A stretch of DNA of 53,717 nucleotides, counting the filler, from Catajapyx aquilonaris (taxonomy: Eukaryota), in NCBI GenBank assembly GCA_000934665.2. It is 3 parts of 3 records of this genome, joined end to end, with 100 filler letters (N's around TTAATTAATTAA, not from the genome) between each part and the next. Parts side by side here need not be neighbours in the genome. Positions count along the whole stretch, not along the records: positions 35,933 to 53,717 come from JYFJ02006860.1; 2 more parts are not named here. One strand, 5' to 3'. The position numbers and the translations under genes were made by a program. The notes under the pieces were generated by a model that worked only from the letters and a program-made list of their open reading frames with translations, searched no databases and had not been told where the DNA came from. Shown here one piece after another: positions 50,757 through 53,717 of this stretch. Every line of letters begins with the position of its first letter. Position 1 is the stretch's first letter.

Positions 50757-51132
50757 CAGGGTGGTCCAACTTTTTTGTCCGAACAGCTATTGACAAATTC
50801 GGCCTAAGCTGCTTATGTTGTAGTGAGTTACCTGGCAACCCTGTCCGGCGGGCCAATTCAAACATCAGCCCATGGAGACTGCTTCCATTGTTGCCACTGT
50901 TTACTAATTGAGTGAGTGACGCGGACGACCCAGCGACGGATCTCTTCTGCCTGCGCACTCACTCATTCGATTTGTAAACAGTGGCAACAATGGAAGCGCT
51001 CTCCATGGGCTGATGTTTGAATTGGCCCGCCGGACAGGGTTGCCAGGTAACGCACTACAACATAAGCAGCTTAGGCCGAATTTGTCAATAGCTGCGTGAT
51101 AGCTGTTCGGACAAAAAAGTTGGACCACCCTG
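50757..51132. mobile_element. Palindromic Tc1/mariner MITE
   Basis: TA|CAGGGTGGTCCAACTTTTTTGTCCGAACAGCT ... GGACCACCCTG|TA; ~165-bp inverted arms. Confidence 0.92.
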
Positions 51133-51559
51133 TATATGGCCATGATGGCGGGTTATATTACTGTAGCACAGATGGTTCATGCCTGGATCAGTAGGGCAGA
51201 TCACATATGACACACACATACAGATACAGGGCAAAAATTGCTAATAATCAATTTTAATGTTACGTGAAATGATTTTTCTGTGGTCACCAAAAAACTGTAT
51301 TTCTTTAGCTGAGTTAATACATGAGAGGGAGAGACGATGCACACTGCTCCACACACATTTTGTGCAGTAAGAGATAGAGGAGTACAGCATACTTAATTTT
51401 CTACTCAAGTGTCAACACATATTAAAGTAGATACAATGTGCCTATAATAATCATCACCAAGCTTCATGCAAAATAACGTCCATCCAACTAGCTAATCTAA
51501 TCCACCTTCTGGATCATTACAATAAGAAGCTGTAGTAAGCGACAACCTGGAGTTTATTC

Positions 51560-52670
51560 CATTTCTACAGTGTTCGCAAAATTCAGAATATATTTGCAAT
51601 CGTGGGAAACATTAACATAAGCTGCAACACACTCTAAATTCTGTACAGGTACAACATCCAGAAATCTGTCATGCGATTCCTCTCCATCAAACACTTGGAC
51701 AATATGCTGCAACCCCATATGAAGGAGATCTTTCTCCTGGAATTTATTAATGCAGGCCAGATACAAATATGTACAATGACATAGCGATGAATCACACAAA
51801 CAGATGATAAGTCTTAGATTTTGCAAAGAACTGCACTATGCCATTGTACATACTTCCACCATCATTCTTGTACCTAACATAACAAGATTATTATTTTTTT
51901 TTTGTGATACTTGCTGTAAGATTGAGTAGGGTATACAATTCCTTCATGACATAGTCTATGAAATATTAACAATTCTTCATACATAACTCCTAAATAGTTT
52001 ACTACTGACTCTCCGACATCTATACTCACATCTGAGTATTTTGAAAAACAACCTAAGACATAAGAATTCTTACCAATTACCTCCCGTATCTTATATCTTT
52101 GTTTGCCCTTAATGAGACGATTACAGAAGTACCTAACTTCCATATTCTTTACAGCTTCCAATTTTGTGGGTAAAGAGAGGAAATTCCAAACACAACTTGC
52201 TATTTCTAAGTGAATAAATTGAGTTCCATGGACTGCTTTTAGAAGGTAACCATTTGCATTTTCTAAGGTAAAGATGTCCAAAGTGGGCCTAGGTCACGCA
52301 CACAGTCAGTCAGATGTAATAGCATATGAATATTCGATGACATGTGACGAATACCATATAGGGTCTCGAAGTCATGGACATACTACCAGATACGCTCTTC
52401 AGCTCTTTTTAGTTCATGAACAAATAGATTAGTCTGGCATAATGTGTAAATGGCAGAAACAAGCAGACAGTGGTGTTCAAAGTATTTCTTTTCCATTATG
52501 GGTGACAATAATGGGACAGAGTAGTAAAGCAGGAAGTTTTTGAACTCTGTTCCCTTCCAAAATTTTAAATCTGTTGCTACCCTTCTAGGGACCCTGGAAA
52601 TGACATGGGGAACACTTACTTGTAATACAGCATCATCAAACTGAAATTTATAGGACGGGGAAAAGGGCAT
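51560..52670 (-). pseudogene. CACTA/EnSpm transposase relic
   Basis: LKFWKGTEFKNFLLYYSVPLL, HMLLHLTDCVRDLGPL, FTLENANGYL. Confidence 0.8.
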
Positions 52671-53717
52671 TCTAGAATATGATGAATCAAACCATAGTTT
52701 CAGCGGGCCGTATTCAGAGTCGCTGGCTAATGCAGCGCAAAAGTCCTCACTAACTAGTGCGACACTAGGTCCACACTAGTTGCTCTCATTCAGAGTTGCC
52801 TCACTGCCTGCTGAGTGGAACGCACTAGGTTGAAGGAGTGCATTAGCGAGTCGCGGTGTTGCCACGATTTCACACTCGGGTTTTCGGGCACCGTCTGTGC
52901 GATAAATGGGCTTTTAAATCTTGATACGTGCCCTTTTCGATTTTAATACATTTTACACCCCTGAAAACACATTTTAGGTGTTTAAACAATTAATAATGAC
53001 GGATTTACGGGAAAAATTCGGAGCCGGGGAATCAAATGAAGAGCGTCGCCCGCCTCTGTTCCGAGGGGGTGCGCACCCACCGAACTCCGTGTACGTTTCC
53101 GACCGAACTCCGACCGAACTCCATCGCATTCCGACCAAACTCCTCCGAACTCCGACCATAATCTTTTATAAATAAGGGGGAATCGGGGGAAATCCTTGCG
53201 GGTAATGTTTTAAATGATTTCGGAGTGCTCCACTCGGCTCCACACGCGCACTGGCCTGGGCAAGGGACGTGCCCAGACGTGCCATTAGCAGTTACAAAAT
53301 AGCGTTTAAGCCCGTACGCTTCTGTGGTTCGCTGTCTGGCATTCCAGAGTAGTTTTTTTTTTTTTGCCACAAGGAGTCACATCGTCACTCCCCCGCCGCG
53401 CCAAAACCGACCGGAAGACGCCGGATGTGTGGCCATCGGTGGCCATAGCAGGGACTCCGGCCGCGACTCCGGCTGTGCCGGCTGTGCAGTGCAAGTGCCG
53501 TGGCAAGTGCAGCCGAGTGCAGCGCCTAGTAGAACTCTGAAGAACTGGGAGCGGCTGGTAGCGACTCGTCGTCTCGAGTCGTCTTGCTTGGAGTTGTCAG
53601 CACGCCTCATTAGCAGCTAGAATATGACACCCAGCTTTCAACAAGTGGCGCCATTGGCGGCCAAATCTTGAAACGTTGTGAGGAAAAGAAGGGAGCAGCT
53701 CATTGCTTGTCATGCTT

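Overview
Eukaryotic (animal, very probably arthropod) genomic DNA. It is AT-rich, dense in transposons, and has two 100-nt scaffold gaps. Two spliced genes can be reconstructed on the + strand. (1) A group III (bee-venom-type) secretory phospholipase A2: signal-peptide and propeptide exons at 2186-2403, 5841-6015 and 6282-6508, then TWO tandem paralogous catalytic exons (8714-8926 and 9079-9303). Its 3' exon was not found in the window. (2) A complete six-exon ~630-aa coiled-coil protein gene of unknown family (27035-33990). The top finding is that the two PLA2 catalytic exons look like a mutually exclusive exon pair under Dscam-style competing RNA pairing: an intronic docking site (6683-6699) is complementary to a selector upstream of each exon (8653-8670 and 9040-9051), and auxiliary helices are also present. 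The rest is MITEs, Helitron/HINE-like elements, tRNA-derived SINEs, minisatellites and, from ~36 kb on, nested decayed transposase and retrotransposon fragments (hAT, Tc1/mariner, an intron-containing piggyBac, Kolobok/Mutator-like, CACTA, Sola-like, copia, gypsy). All assignments were made by eye from the sequence; no database searches were run.
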